Origin: Mizuhopecten yessoensis
Taxonomy: Eukaryota
NCBI RefSeq assembly: GCF_002113885.1
Contig: NW_018408551.1
Location: forward strand, 1,017,206 to 1,081,205
Direction of reading: 5' to 3'
DNA: 64,000 nucleotides
The notes under the pieces are model-generated. The model had not been told where the DNA came from and ran no database searches. It saw nothing but the letters and a program-made list of their open reading frames with translations. Shown here in pieces: positions 1 through 10,962 of this stretch (its first letter is position 1; every line of letters starts with the position of its first letter). Made by a program: the position numbers and the translations under genes.

Positions 1-3000
1 ATCCCATTACCATGCTGGTGTTTATTTGTTAACCTTATTTATCCAGGACCAGAACTTCGTGCCCCGGATTTCCAGATCCTCGTGGTTAGGAATCAACCAA
101 TCCTGATTAAGGTTTAGTTTCTTTGAAAGGTGGGCGTGCCGGAGATAATTCTATCAAAACAGACATTGCAGCATCTGTAGGTAGGGTGTACGTGTTATCT
201 TAGCTGGAAACACGTGCTGCATCTTCCCTCGGGGCTTTACAGGTCTTATTTACTTCATCACTGAATCCCATCCTGAACAGTTTATCAGAAAGCAGGCTTT
301 AAAATCACCATATTTAATTATAAAGATTTGCAATATATCATTATCTTCTTGATATTTCTTTGGAAGAATTTCTATATTTGATGAACTTTTATAATTTTTG
401 TTACTTTATACATTATGAGTTTTTCCATCCTCATAATCGCATGTCAGAAACTAACCAAACTTTTGAACACGAAGATGCCCATCTCATTATAACTGCGGTA
501 ATACAGTACTAGTATTTGGCTTGAGAACATTGGAATGACCATAACAGGACAGTCGTGTGGTCAAGTTCTAATAGATCACAAACTGTCCCTGGTCAACTTG
601 ATTACTATTACCAGCTAAAATATGTGTTTAAAACTTTTAAAACCGAATTAAAAATGTATCATATAATTCAATTAAGATCTTCGTTTACAATTCTTATTTA
701 ATTGCTCTAAAGTGTATTTGTCTGATAAAGGGTAAACTATTTTAAAATTTATATATTTGAGATATCATCGTAAAGCTGCCCATGTTTTGATGGCTAGTAG
801 GGTGGATTGGTAAGGGAGGGTGGTATACACGATATTCGGGTGGTCTATTCATTGTTTCTTTTTTTCTTTGCAAATTAAAGTTGGCACTGGGAGAAGCGTG
901 TTTTGTCCAGAGAATCTGAACCAATTTAGTCTCGACACCTATCCAAACAATCCCATCACAAAAATCATTAACTTTTCAGAAGTCCGGTTCCTCAAATCAC
1001 GTGGATTCGGATGAGTTTGCGAAAAAGTGTTAACCGCAGTATCTGTTGATACGTTTAACAGGTGTTTGGTAATACAGGTGTGCAGAACGTCCCAGGGTGT
1101 TTGCATTGTTAATAGGTAGATCTTCCTATCATAGCAGAGTAAAAAGTCGCTAACAACAGACGTAAGCGTCCATCAGAGATGTATAATTGACTTGGAGTTT
1201 TCAATTATCTATGAAAGCTGTGGTCATCAACCACACACAACGTAATGATAAAACTACAACTGTCGTTAAGATAAGGCTTTCTATGAGAACACCCACCTAG
1301 GCACACTCGTCCTACAACAGAACGTTTGAATGGAGTGCCGCGAAACTCATTTAACAGTATATTCTACACCATTGTACACCATGTGTCGCCTAATACACCG
1401 CCTAAAACGGCCATCAAATGTAACATCTTGTATTATTGGACAATTATGAAAACATTAATTATTACCACAATATAAAGGGAATATTTGTTTAATCAAGTGA
1501 GATGAATTCATGTACTCCGAAAAATTTTAAAAGTGCTCTTCCGACGTGTTGAAATGTGCGATTTTTAGCCCTTGATTTATACTGTAATATATGAATCCCA
1601 CAAAGGGAAATTTCAAGTGACTTTACAGTGTCATCTCATCAGGTGATGACTGGAATCAGTAAACAAAAGGCAAAAAAACTTGCATTACAAAAGATTGCAT
1701 GCTGCAGATATTTTCGTGACGTATTTATACGTACAAATGACGTTATATTAAGTTAAAAAGACTAAACTTTCATTACTTACTTTACTTCCAATTTAAATAT
1801 CTGAAGGATTGCATACGTTATCTAATAAACTAAGAATGCTCTACTCTTCATTATAACTGTATGTAAACACTCCTTATTGGATCGACGTGTATTAACCATA
1901 CATCTACATTATCTCATCTATGTACATCGTGGTAGATCTCGCCAAACTATGGCAATTTGTTCAATTTTTAAAGGGGTGGGTCTGGCCGAAAGTCGATACA
2001 ATCATGAAATGTGTTTCTAATACACCTTATTAGCCCAGTAGGGACCCACAAGTACCCAAAGGGTCCACGTAACGCTAACAATAGTTGGCCTTTCCGGCTA
2101 CCTCGGCTCTCAAAGACCTCTCACAATAAGAGTCAAATATCGTCAGTGGAAGAGTCTCCTTGTCGATAACATGCTGTGCCGTAGGTCGACATCAAAATTT
2201 TGTTAAAAAAAATTACTTCAATTTAAAAAAAAAATGTTTTAAAAACCGAAGCGTAAGGCAAATGCTATATTTATTTCTTAAATCAGACAGTCTTTAAATG
2301 TATTTTTTTTATGAAACGAGTTACATTTTGTACATTATTTTCTGTTGGCGAATTAATAGTTCGTTAATAGAAAGAGATTAACACAGTATAACAATTTATT
2401 TGTCAATAAAATTCACAAAAAGTGATTCAATAAATCAATCTTAGTTTATGATTAAAACAAACCGTTAGCAAATTCACATATCGAGCGTTATTGCAAAACA
2501 AGATGTGACCTTAAAAATGGAATTTATGTGGCATAATAGGTACATAACAATACTATTAAGAACATTGATTCTTGTCAAATAAAATCAACAATAGCAAGGT
2601 GAATAAAGGCCATATCCGACACTGGTTTGACCCTTTAGTCTATCCATCAGCCTGGAACTGACATGGCTTCTACTAGTGATGAAATTACATAAGCCAAATC
2701 ACTAGTAAAGAAACAATTAATGATTGAAATCAGGATTTCCGCAAATAAAATTCCAGTCTTTTCTTTCCGACGCCGCTACACAAACGTTACTTATTTTACA
2801 CTGTGATTCGGAAATCGGATATTTAACAAACACTGAGAAATGTTGATGTCATTATTGATAAAGCAGGCCCGCACGGGTTAAAGTATGGATAGGAGTATGT
2901 TTCATAATAGGCAAATGCGATGCATGCGGTTTCAAATGTCAGTAAAGCTCTAATTGAATATGACAACAATGTTCCAAATCGTTCGACTTTTCATGCTCTA

Positions 3001-3752
3001 TCTATGGCATTCTCTCGAACGTTCAGTCTAATCAATCACTTAACTTTAACAGATAATAGGTTAATTAAAAACTTATTCATACAACCACAAATAAATATGA
3101 GACGTGAGATGTCCGATGGTTCAGTCGATTCGGCGGAATAGTTCTCCATTTCAATTTATTGAAAAAGAACCAACTCCCACAATACGTACCAGTTGACATT
3201 GAGGGACCGTATCTGTAGTATATGTTTAATTGTTAAGTAAAGCTAAGAAGTGTCATATTATTAGTGGCTCTACAAGAGACGTCATTATGGAAATGTATTG
3301 TCACCTATCCTAATGTAAAAAAAATCTCCAGAACAAAATACGTGAGCATACATCAGACCACATGGGATGGTATTGTGATAATCATTTATGCAACATAATG
3401 ACTTTTTTTTAAATTGCTTTAAAATTGATCCAGCTTGAATGGCATAGCTTGTATATAACAGACCACTGTGTCACGACTGCAGTAGTGAAATCACTTTTAT
3501 TTAAACGTAATCGTTTATTAGTAACGCTGGATCTCAAACTGAACAAGTCAACACCTAAGTTGTGACGACGTAAATATAGTTATTATGAATAACACATACG
3601 GAATCCTTTGATTTTATATAAAAAGGACCATACGGGACTATTATGTGCGCTATAGGATGTTAAAGAGATAATATGTTTTACTGAATACGAAGTATAAGTT
3701 ACTAAGAGAGAGCATTAAAACTATATCTAGTTTATTCTGGGTTTTCTGATGG

Positions 3753-4130
3753 ATAACAGTTATATTTTACGAGTGGGGTGAACACTTTTGATACTTTTTC
3801 GAGAGTGCATATCAAGAATAAAAACATGAGAATGTTCAACCCACGAGCAAAATAAAGCTGTATTTCAGCAAGAACAAATACCATTATGTTTATTTATCTT
3901 GTATTTATAAATACATGTATTTGCGCTTCCGTGAACATATGATCGTCTTCCGTCAAATAAAATTAGACAATGCGAAATCACAATCTGGAAGCGTCAGTGT
4001 TATCTTTAAACATATCAATTTAATCCGAATCCCTTATCTCTGATTGGTCGTCTAGTGTTAAAATGGCTAAAAGAGTTACTTTTAAAATGTGATAAAATAA
4101 CTATTTACATGTTGTTACGGTCAGTGAAAT
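3753..4130. mobile_element. Degenerate non-autonomous DNA-transposon-like repeat with internal inverted repeat
   Basis: Imperfect ~30-bp inverted repeat (tattttacgagtggggtgaaca 3763-3784 vs tgttcaacccacgagcaaaata 3833-3854), plus ctgattgg and cagtgaaat motifs downstream. The layout resembles common invertebrate interspersed repeats. Ends uncertain. Confidence 0.35.
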
Positions 4131-4175
4131 GTCTTCTGTTTAGTGCAGACTCTACTCAATTATTTCAAAGACTAT

Positions 4176-4322
4176 AAAATAAACTTTATTTATTTTACAA
4201 CAATTATAAAACAAGTGTTTACAACTTATATTAATCACTCTTGTTGGCCCAAATGTTAGCGCGCGGGGGTCTTTCTGGGGAGGAAACCGGAGTACCCGGA
4301 GAAAACCGACGTGTTCGGGCAG
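4176..4322 (-). mobile_element. V-domain SINE, 3' part (central V domain and A/T-rich tail)
   Basis: Minus strand reads ...gtcggttttctccgggtactccggtttcctcccc..., the conserved V-SINE core, followed by a tail ending in aaataaataaagtttatttt. Confidence 0.85.
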
Positions 4323-5696
4323 ATCTTACAAGGGGGGTCATTATCTGCAAAAATGTACCTGGTTTTTATTAACGATTTACTAAATGATGGCGAATCGTCA
4401 GGTAAAGGAGCTTTTGTTATTGATACCAGGGTTAATATCCCCACACAAGCAGATGACATATGTTTGATCAGTAACACAAGTATTGGTTTTCAAGATATGG
4501 TTACAATTTGCGAAAACTATAGTCGTAAATGGAGATTTTCATTCTCTGTTGATAAAAGTAAAATAGTTGTTTTTACAAAAGGCAGAGGACAAGTCTTGGT
4601 AAAAGATGTGCATTTATATGGTAAAGCATTACCAGTTGTTGAAAACATTACGCACGTCGGTGTTGTTTTGAATTTTAAATTATGTACATCGGGTAGAACT
4701 GAGTCTGCATGCAAGAAACTAAAAAGTGGAACCATGGCTCTTATTCGATCTGGTGCTCATCCTAGGACTCTTAATCCTTTAACAGTTGCAAAGCTGATTA
4801 AGGCTAAAGTTTTCCCGTCTGCCCTGTACGAGTGTGACCTATGGCAACTGTCTAGAACAGAACTAATCAAATTAGAGCGCGCTCAAAATTTTATCGTAAA
4901 ATCCATTCAAGGGTTAAACATTAGAACTAGAACTGATATGGCCAACTCCTTAATTGGATGGTTCTCCACAGAAGGTTACATTGATATAAGAAAACTTTTA
5001 TTTCTCGGTCGTCTTTGTAGACTTGACAGTAAATACTTAACTCATACTATATTTCTCAAACGCCTATTCATGCATATTTTGAAGGAGTCCTGTCAAACTG
5101 GTTTTATTCCTGATATTGTGAGAATACTTCGCAAGTATGATTTGTTTAATTATCTGTTGCAGTATATATCAGATACAGTTTTTCCAAGTAGTTCATCATG
5201 GAAGTCAATTTCCTATAAAGCAGTTTATAATTGGGAAGAATTAATGATGTACGATAGAATGAACAACGATTCAGATTTCACAAGATTTTTGCTCATTCAT
5301 GATGTAATTTCTCCACATATTTTATGGACAGTAGCATTAAAATTCCCTGAACATCTAAGCAAGATAAGCAATATAGTTCGATTATGTGCTAATTTAAGAT
5401 CAACAAATATTATTGAATTATGCCATTTTTGTGGTATTTTACATAATGACTGTATAACACATACAGTAATCCATTGTACAAAAACTGAAAGTCTTAGAGA
5501 CGATCTATGGTGTCTTATAAGTACGGCTTTTGATATAGAACTTGGCGTGTTCTTATCCTCTTTGTCTGATTATGATTTAATTCATGTATTACTAGGGGGT
5601 AGCCTTCCCCACATATTAAGCTCAACTGATTATGTAACCTTTGTACTGCATAATGCTATTTTTATTGACAAAATGTTGCTGTTGTATCAGCGTTAA
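4323..5696 (+). CDS. LINE ORF2 fragment: C-terminal half of reverse transcriptase plus C-terminal Cys/His motif (partial, no genuine start)
   Basis: RT motifs QGGSLS, PTQADD (YADD equivalent), KSKIVVF and THVGV; C-terminal C-x2-C-x9-H-x4-C (CHFCGILHNDCITHTVIHC). The GTG at 4311 used by the ORF track lies in the SINE. Confidence 0.9.
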   Translation: MLQGGSLSAKMYLVFINDLLNDGESSGKGAFVIDTRVNIPTQADDICLISNTSIGFQDMVTICENYSRKWRFSFSVDKSKIVVFTKGRGQVLVKDVHLYGKALPVVENITHVGVVLNFKLCTSGRTESACKKLKSGTMALIRSGAHPRTLNPLTVAKLIKAKVFPSALYECDLWQLSRTELIKLERAQNFIVKSIQGLNIRTRTDMANSLIGWFSTEGYIDIRKLLFLGRLCRLDSKYLTHTIFLKRLFMHILKESCQTGFIPDIVRILRKYDLFNYLLQYISDTVFPSSSSWKSISYKAVYNWEELMMYDRMNNDSDFTRFLLIHDVISPHILWTVALKFPEHLSKISNIVRLCANLRSTNIIELCHFCGILHNDCITHTVIHCTKTESLRDDLWCLISTAFDIELGVFLSSLSDYDLIHVLLGGSLPHILSSTDYVTFVLHNAIFIDKMLLLYQR

Positions 5697-6066
5697 TAAT
5701 GATATAACACGTACAAACGTACGTACAATAGCAATGTCTACCTAATTACTATTTTTTCTCTTATTTTGTGTGTGTTTATGTGTGGGTAAGCCTGAGAGGA
5801 CCTTGTTGGTAGGGCTTTCCCCAACCCATGGAAACCTCAGGATTCCCAGGATTCTAATTATTTTGAATAATTTGCTGTTAACGAGACCATTCTTTCTGCA
5901 TTTACGAAACTAATTCAAGGTTCATTAACTTCTCTCTTCATCTCTGTAGTTAACCGATGTATTTATGTGCATGTAAGTATCAATTAATAATATTTGATTT
6001 GTATTTTGACTACGCTGTATATTTTTTGTAACTCTTCAATTTGGAGGAAATAAAGTAATAATAATA
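4323..6066 (+). mobile_element. 5'-truncated non-LTR retrotransposon (LINE), clade not determined
   Basis: Starts abruptly inside the RT domain (ILQGGSLS), has an uninterrupted ORF2 C-terminus and a ~370-nt 3' UTR, and ends ggaggaaataaag(taa)n at 6043-6066. Confidence 0.93.
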
Positions 6067-6153
6067 CCTTTTCACGTCCGATCGGGGAATCAAACCCCAG
6101 CCGCCTTGGTGAAAGGCGAGTGCGCTATCCACTGAGCCACCCCGACCGCCCCC
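6064..6153 (-). mobile_element. V-domain SINE, 5' tRNA-derived head (other half of 4176-4322)
   Basis: Minus strand ggggcggtcggggTGGCTCAGTGGatagcgcactcgcctttcaccaaggcggctggGGTTTGATTCCccgatcgg: Pol III A box (6129-6139) and B box (6086-6096). Same orientation as the V-domain half. Confidence 0.88.
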
Positions 6154-6519
6154 TAGTTAGTTTCGAGATTTTAAAAAATCTCACTGTTTAAAACATGGAC
6201 ATTAAAATAACATTGATCTTTTCAAAAACTATAAAGACACATACCTTTTTAAATACATTGATCATAGGATTCCCCAAAGGTTATTCTATATTAGTTTTCC
6301 TTTCTTATATTATTGTATTAAAATATGACTACAATTGTAATTGTAAAAAGCCGGATGAAAGCATTTTGTGTCTTTGTTCGATTCAAAATACTGAAAATCT
6401 GGAAACTAATTGTTTCGGCGAAGACTGGAGGAGAAAATGATAACGACTTATAGCATATATTGACCTTCCCGAATCAGGCGTTTCAGGCCTTATTGTGAAA
6501 TAGGGATTCACTCAAATTA

Positions 6520-6970
6520 AAATATAGCATTTTAATATAGATGATATTGAGTCAAAATCAAAATGTCTATGATATGCAGTGTAACATCTAAAATGTCTGT
6601 TATAGAGTAAAACCTCACAATGAAGAGAGTAGCATTACAGTATCTTTGATATGCATTATGGCAGCTCACTGTCTATAATGAAGAGCATAGCATCACAATG
6701 TCTACAATATACAATAAAGTAGCTCATCTCATTGTTTTTGATATTTAGTATTGCTTTTCAATATCTATGTATACAATATAGCATTTCAAAGACTTCCATG
6801 AAGAGTACAGACGTACAGTGCCTTTTATTAAATAATAACTTTTCAATGGGTATATTTTACAACACAGTCGGTAAAGCCTCCCAATTTATAACCTCTTAAT
6901 TTCTTTAATTGTAAGCATAACCTTTCAATGTCTATATGTTATTCTAAAACCTCTATGTGTCTATAACCTA
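6520..6970. repeat. Highly decayed ~29-30-bp tandem repeat
   Basis: Recurring caatgtctat...atagcat-like segments at roughly 30-bp spacing. Confidence 0.5.
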
Positions 6971-7712
6971 CAATAAAAAAATAAAGTCCATATTCAAGGG
7001 AGAAGGGACACTTCGATTCTATCGTTACAGTAACGTGATACAAATATTTAGGACCTTATGACTAATACCATAAGAATCTCTGTAATAAAAACATAAAGCA
7101 TTACTGTTTTAGTAGAAATTGTCAGTTACTGTGAACTAGCAACAAACAAAATGTCTCGACATCAAAGTTATAACTCCACGGCTAAAGTTTACAAAAGGCC
7201 GCATGGAATTTTTAGCTTTTGAAAAACGAAAGAACAATCAATATATGATCTCCCATACAGATGATCAAAAACTGTGACACGATCTTTTATCTTTTCAACT
7301 TGAAAGAGCCTGACTCTGTGATATAACGGGCAGATTTCCCGGACTGTCAGTTCGACGTCACATTTAAGCTCCGTACGTTTTGTCAAACGTTTACACCTCC
7401 CCTTAAAAGGTCTTATCTAACATGACTATACATTTAAAATATCAGATATACCAGTATTACACAAAAATGTTGGTAGGTAATCAGATTTCATAAAATTCAT
7501 AAAATGCAAGATGTTACATCAATTTGAAATGAAAGAAGTGATATTTCAATGAAAAGCATATAGTATAGTTATAACCAGTGATCATTTAACATACTTGATG
7601 TGACATGCATATTCTGTATAGAATACATTAAAATTATTTCATGTTTAAATTTGAATTTATTTCCCCTGTATCTTTTTGAAGGGATGCCAAGTGTGAGTTG
7701 CACCGGGCTCAT

Positions 7713-8050
7713 CCCTCTAACAACATGTGACCTCCCGCAGGAGTGCAGATTGTACCCTCTAACAACATGTGACCTCCCACAGGAGTGCATATTGTATCCT
7801 CTAACAACATGTGACCTCCCACAGGAGTACAGATTGTACCCTCTAACAACATGTGACCTCCCACAGGAGTGCAAATTGTATCCTCTAACAACATGTGACC
7901 TCCCACAGGAGCGCAGATTGTACCCTCTAACAACATGTGCCCTCCCACAGGAGTGCATATTGTATCCTCTAACAACATGTGACCTCCCACAGGAGTACAG
8001 ATTGTACCCTCTAACAACATGTGACCTCCCACAGGAGTGCAGATTGTACC
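7713..8050. repeat. Minisatellite, 42-bp unit x8
   Basis: Unit ccctctaacaacatgtgacctcccacaggagtgcagattgta, near-identical copies. Confidence 0.98.
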
Positions 8051-9412
8051 TTATACGATGAGGCTGTGGTATTTTCAGTTTTACTTTGGTATTGTTTTAT
8101 TTATTTTTTCAAATGGGTTGATTTTTTTCTCCGATCTTGAAAATCACAATAAACACTAACTGTATCTGTGTATACAGTATGCCTGAATGGGACCGAAAAG
8201 TCTAGACGGAGAAAACGTCATTGTAATAATCCGTTTATTCCCGGATTGACCGTTCCGGATCCCCTATCTTGTACACAAATATTCTTTTTGTTATTACCTA
8301 CTTAACATGTAAAATATGCGGTTGAAAAATTCCTATTTGAACATACTTAAATCAAGATGATAGCTTGAAAATCATCAGCGACTTGCCGGCTTATCGTCTC
8401 CGGCGCATAGAGTACTGGTCAGTATAACAAGAGCGATCAAATTATGTTTTGTTTTTACTCTTAACAGCAAATAATATGTTTTGTTCATTAAGTGCATAAT
8501 GACCAACATACAATCTTGAAAATGAACAAAATCACGTGGTTGTTTCATTTCAAATAAAATGTAAAAACACAGCAGCAATAAATTTTAAATGAACACGTTT
8601 CGACTGACAATGCTTAAGATTGGAAGGGCCAGTTAAACTCTGATCGTATTGTGTATTTGTTTTTCAATGATCTATTTAGTCCATGTAGACCATCGGTGAT
8701 CCTCTTATTTCTGGGATGCCATCCGAGCACAGGTGTTCGAGTGGTTCCGGATGATGGTTTTTGAATATTGTCGCTTATGTCATTAATGGGATTGAATGTC
8801 CCTTATATCATGTCACTGTCAGTTTCGAATTTATTTCTATTGTTGAATATTATGTCAAAGTTCCTTTCGTTTTCTACGTTATATAAGCTGAAGTGGAAAT
8901 ATTTACACTAAGTCAGTATAGGTAGCTAATTAAAACAGTATTTACTCACCTCTCAACACTTAGATGTATCTTGAAATAAAATCTAGACAAAATACAGAAA
9001 CGGTCTTTCATATCAAATCACAAAGGGTCAAGAGGCATTACTAGGGTTTACATTGAAGATGTGGACACCAACAGAGCTTACCATGATGTCAAACCTTCAA
9101 GACGACTGCGATGTTTAATCGATGTGTATGTAAGACTGCGACTGTCGCTGTCATTCGTATGTATCGCACTATAACCGTCCTAGATAAATAGATGTGTCGA
9201 AAGATCAGGATAATAAAACAAACAAAGAACGACGTTTTTAATACATTAACTTAATAGACAGAATTCATGGAAACAGGCCACCATTCTCCGCCAAACAGCA
9301 TCATTACGGTGTATTTAACATTGAAATAATCTTTCATTTCATTGCTATGTTTGAATGAGTAATGATAAGTGAAGTACATTAGATTCAAATTATATCTTAA
9401 ACCGTTGCTAAT

Positions 9413-9843
9413 ACATTGATCATACGATATGTTTATTATAGTCCATCATGTGTAAAACAGACATTGATCATGCGATGTTTATTATAGTCCATCATGTGTA
9501 AAACAGACATTGATCATACGATATGTTTATTATAGTCCATCATGTGTAAAACAGACATTGATCATGCGATGTTTATTATAGTCCATCATGTGTAAAACAG
9601 ACATTGATCATGCGATATGTTTATTATAGTCCATCATGTGTAAAACAGACATTGATCATGCGATGTTTATTATAGTCCATCGTGTGTAAAACAGACATTG
9701 ATCATACGAAATGTTTATTATAGTCCATCATGTGTAAAACAGACATTGATCATGCGATATGTTTATTATAGTCCATCATGTGTAAAACAGACATTCATCA
9801 TACGATATGTTTATTATAGTCCATCATGTGTAAAACAGACATT
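9413..9843. repeat. Minisatellite, 48/46-bp unit x9
   Basis: Unit acattgatcat(a/g)cgat(at)gtttattatagtccatcatgtgtaaaacag; unit lengths 48,46,48,46,48,46,48,48,48. Confidence 0.98.
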
Positions 9844-10017
9844 AAATTTGCGCTGTAAGGGTTAAGGAAATGACCTTGAACTCGTGTCGCGTGGCACATA
9901 CAATGTCAAATTGTAAAACAAGGGAGGGGGTGGCGATGTAACGACACACAAACAAAACAATAAGGATGTTCAAAAAACCACTGATTCCAACTCATAGTCG
10001 ATAAAACTAGGCACAAT

Positions 10018-10520
10018 ATGAACAAAGCAAAGATCCCCAAGGAGCCCGACGAGAACACAAAGAAAAAGTACACTCCCTAATATGAACATGAAGGCGGCCG
10101 TTGTCGAGTATCAAGAGTTAGTATCAAGAAAGGGAAAGATCACGATCGGAAAGTCGTACCTGTTGATCATATGTTAGTAAAGATGTGTAAAGAGTTGTGT
10201 CCTTGGTTTTGAGCTCAGTTTCCGGATTGTAAAATTGGAGGACTTGGCTATGTTTTTGTTACCAGTCCTGATAAGTTCATCGATAAATTCAACTTCATAT
10301 GAAAACAAAAACCAACCAGCCAGAAAAGGGGCACATTTTGTTCACATGGAAATGTCTACAGTCCCCTGGAAAATCTTGCCACCGAACTCAAAAAAGATAT
10401 TGTAAACCATGGACAAAATCATCCCACAATGTCGTTATTGGTATACATCATGTTGGCCTTTGTTGGGATTTTTACAAAAAATTGCTCCAAAATAATTTAC
10501 AACCCTAGATCCATATCGCT
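10018..10520 (+). pseudogene. Possible very decayed N-terminal (HTH) part of a pogo-like transposase
   Basis: Fragments across frames occur in the expected order (KKKYTP, MKAAVVEY, LVKMCKEL/LGFELS, IGGLGYVF, ENLA, FYKKLLQNNLQP), with many stops and frameshifts. Pattern recognition only. Confidence 0.28.
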
Positions 10521-10770
10521 GTTCGCCTTTCGTGGAAAAGAAAACTCTCATAACAAGAGAACGAATGTGTTCCTTCACTTTAATATGCGGATGATGGTGT
10601 GAAGGGTCGAAAAGTCAGAAGCTTTGTAAAAAGGACACTTTTAGAAGATGATGTTTCAGATGAATCGGAATGAATTCTGTAAACCCAACATTCGATTCAT
10701 TCCAATTCTTGAGTATACAGAGTCACAACTGTTGATGTAATACTAACCGTAATGTAAATTAATTATAATG

Positions 10771-10962
10771 AGGGTGCGATGTGATAACCACTGACGTGGA
10801 AAACGTAACAGATAATAATAAAGCAATGTTTGTTACCTGAAGTTTTTGTTTTTTGTTTTAGATTAAAGGAGTTTTGCGTTAAAGGTTGTAACACAACACA
10901 TGTATTTATGCATTCCTTATAAGGAATCCTTTTTTTCATTAAGGGCTGCCACATCGCACCCC
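10771..10962. mobile_element. 192-bp MITE with 19-bp imperfect TIRs and 6-bp TSD
   Basis: Left end agggtgcgatgtgataacc; reverse complement of right end ggggtgcgatgtggcagcc (15/19, all mismatches transitions). ATAATG at 10765-10770 and 10963-10968. Confidence 0.8.

Noticed and set aside
1590-1650. Minus-strand CTGATGA...GAAA resembling a hammerhead core
   Set aside because: Stem II is bulged and no stem I partner follows the putative cleavage site.
4256-4735. Minus-strand ORFs overlapping the LINE
   Set aside because: Antisense shadows of the RT frame with no recognisable motifs.
6064-6153. tRNA gene
   Set aside because: Has A/B boxes but no proper acceptor stem, and is colinear with a V-domain SINE body; it is a SINE head.
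7569-8061. Repetitive ORFs on both strands
   Set aside because: By-product of a 42-bp (multiple of 3) unit; no splice or codon evidence.
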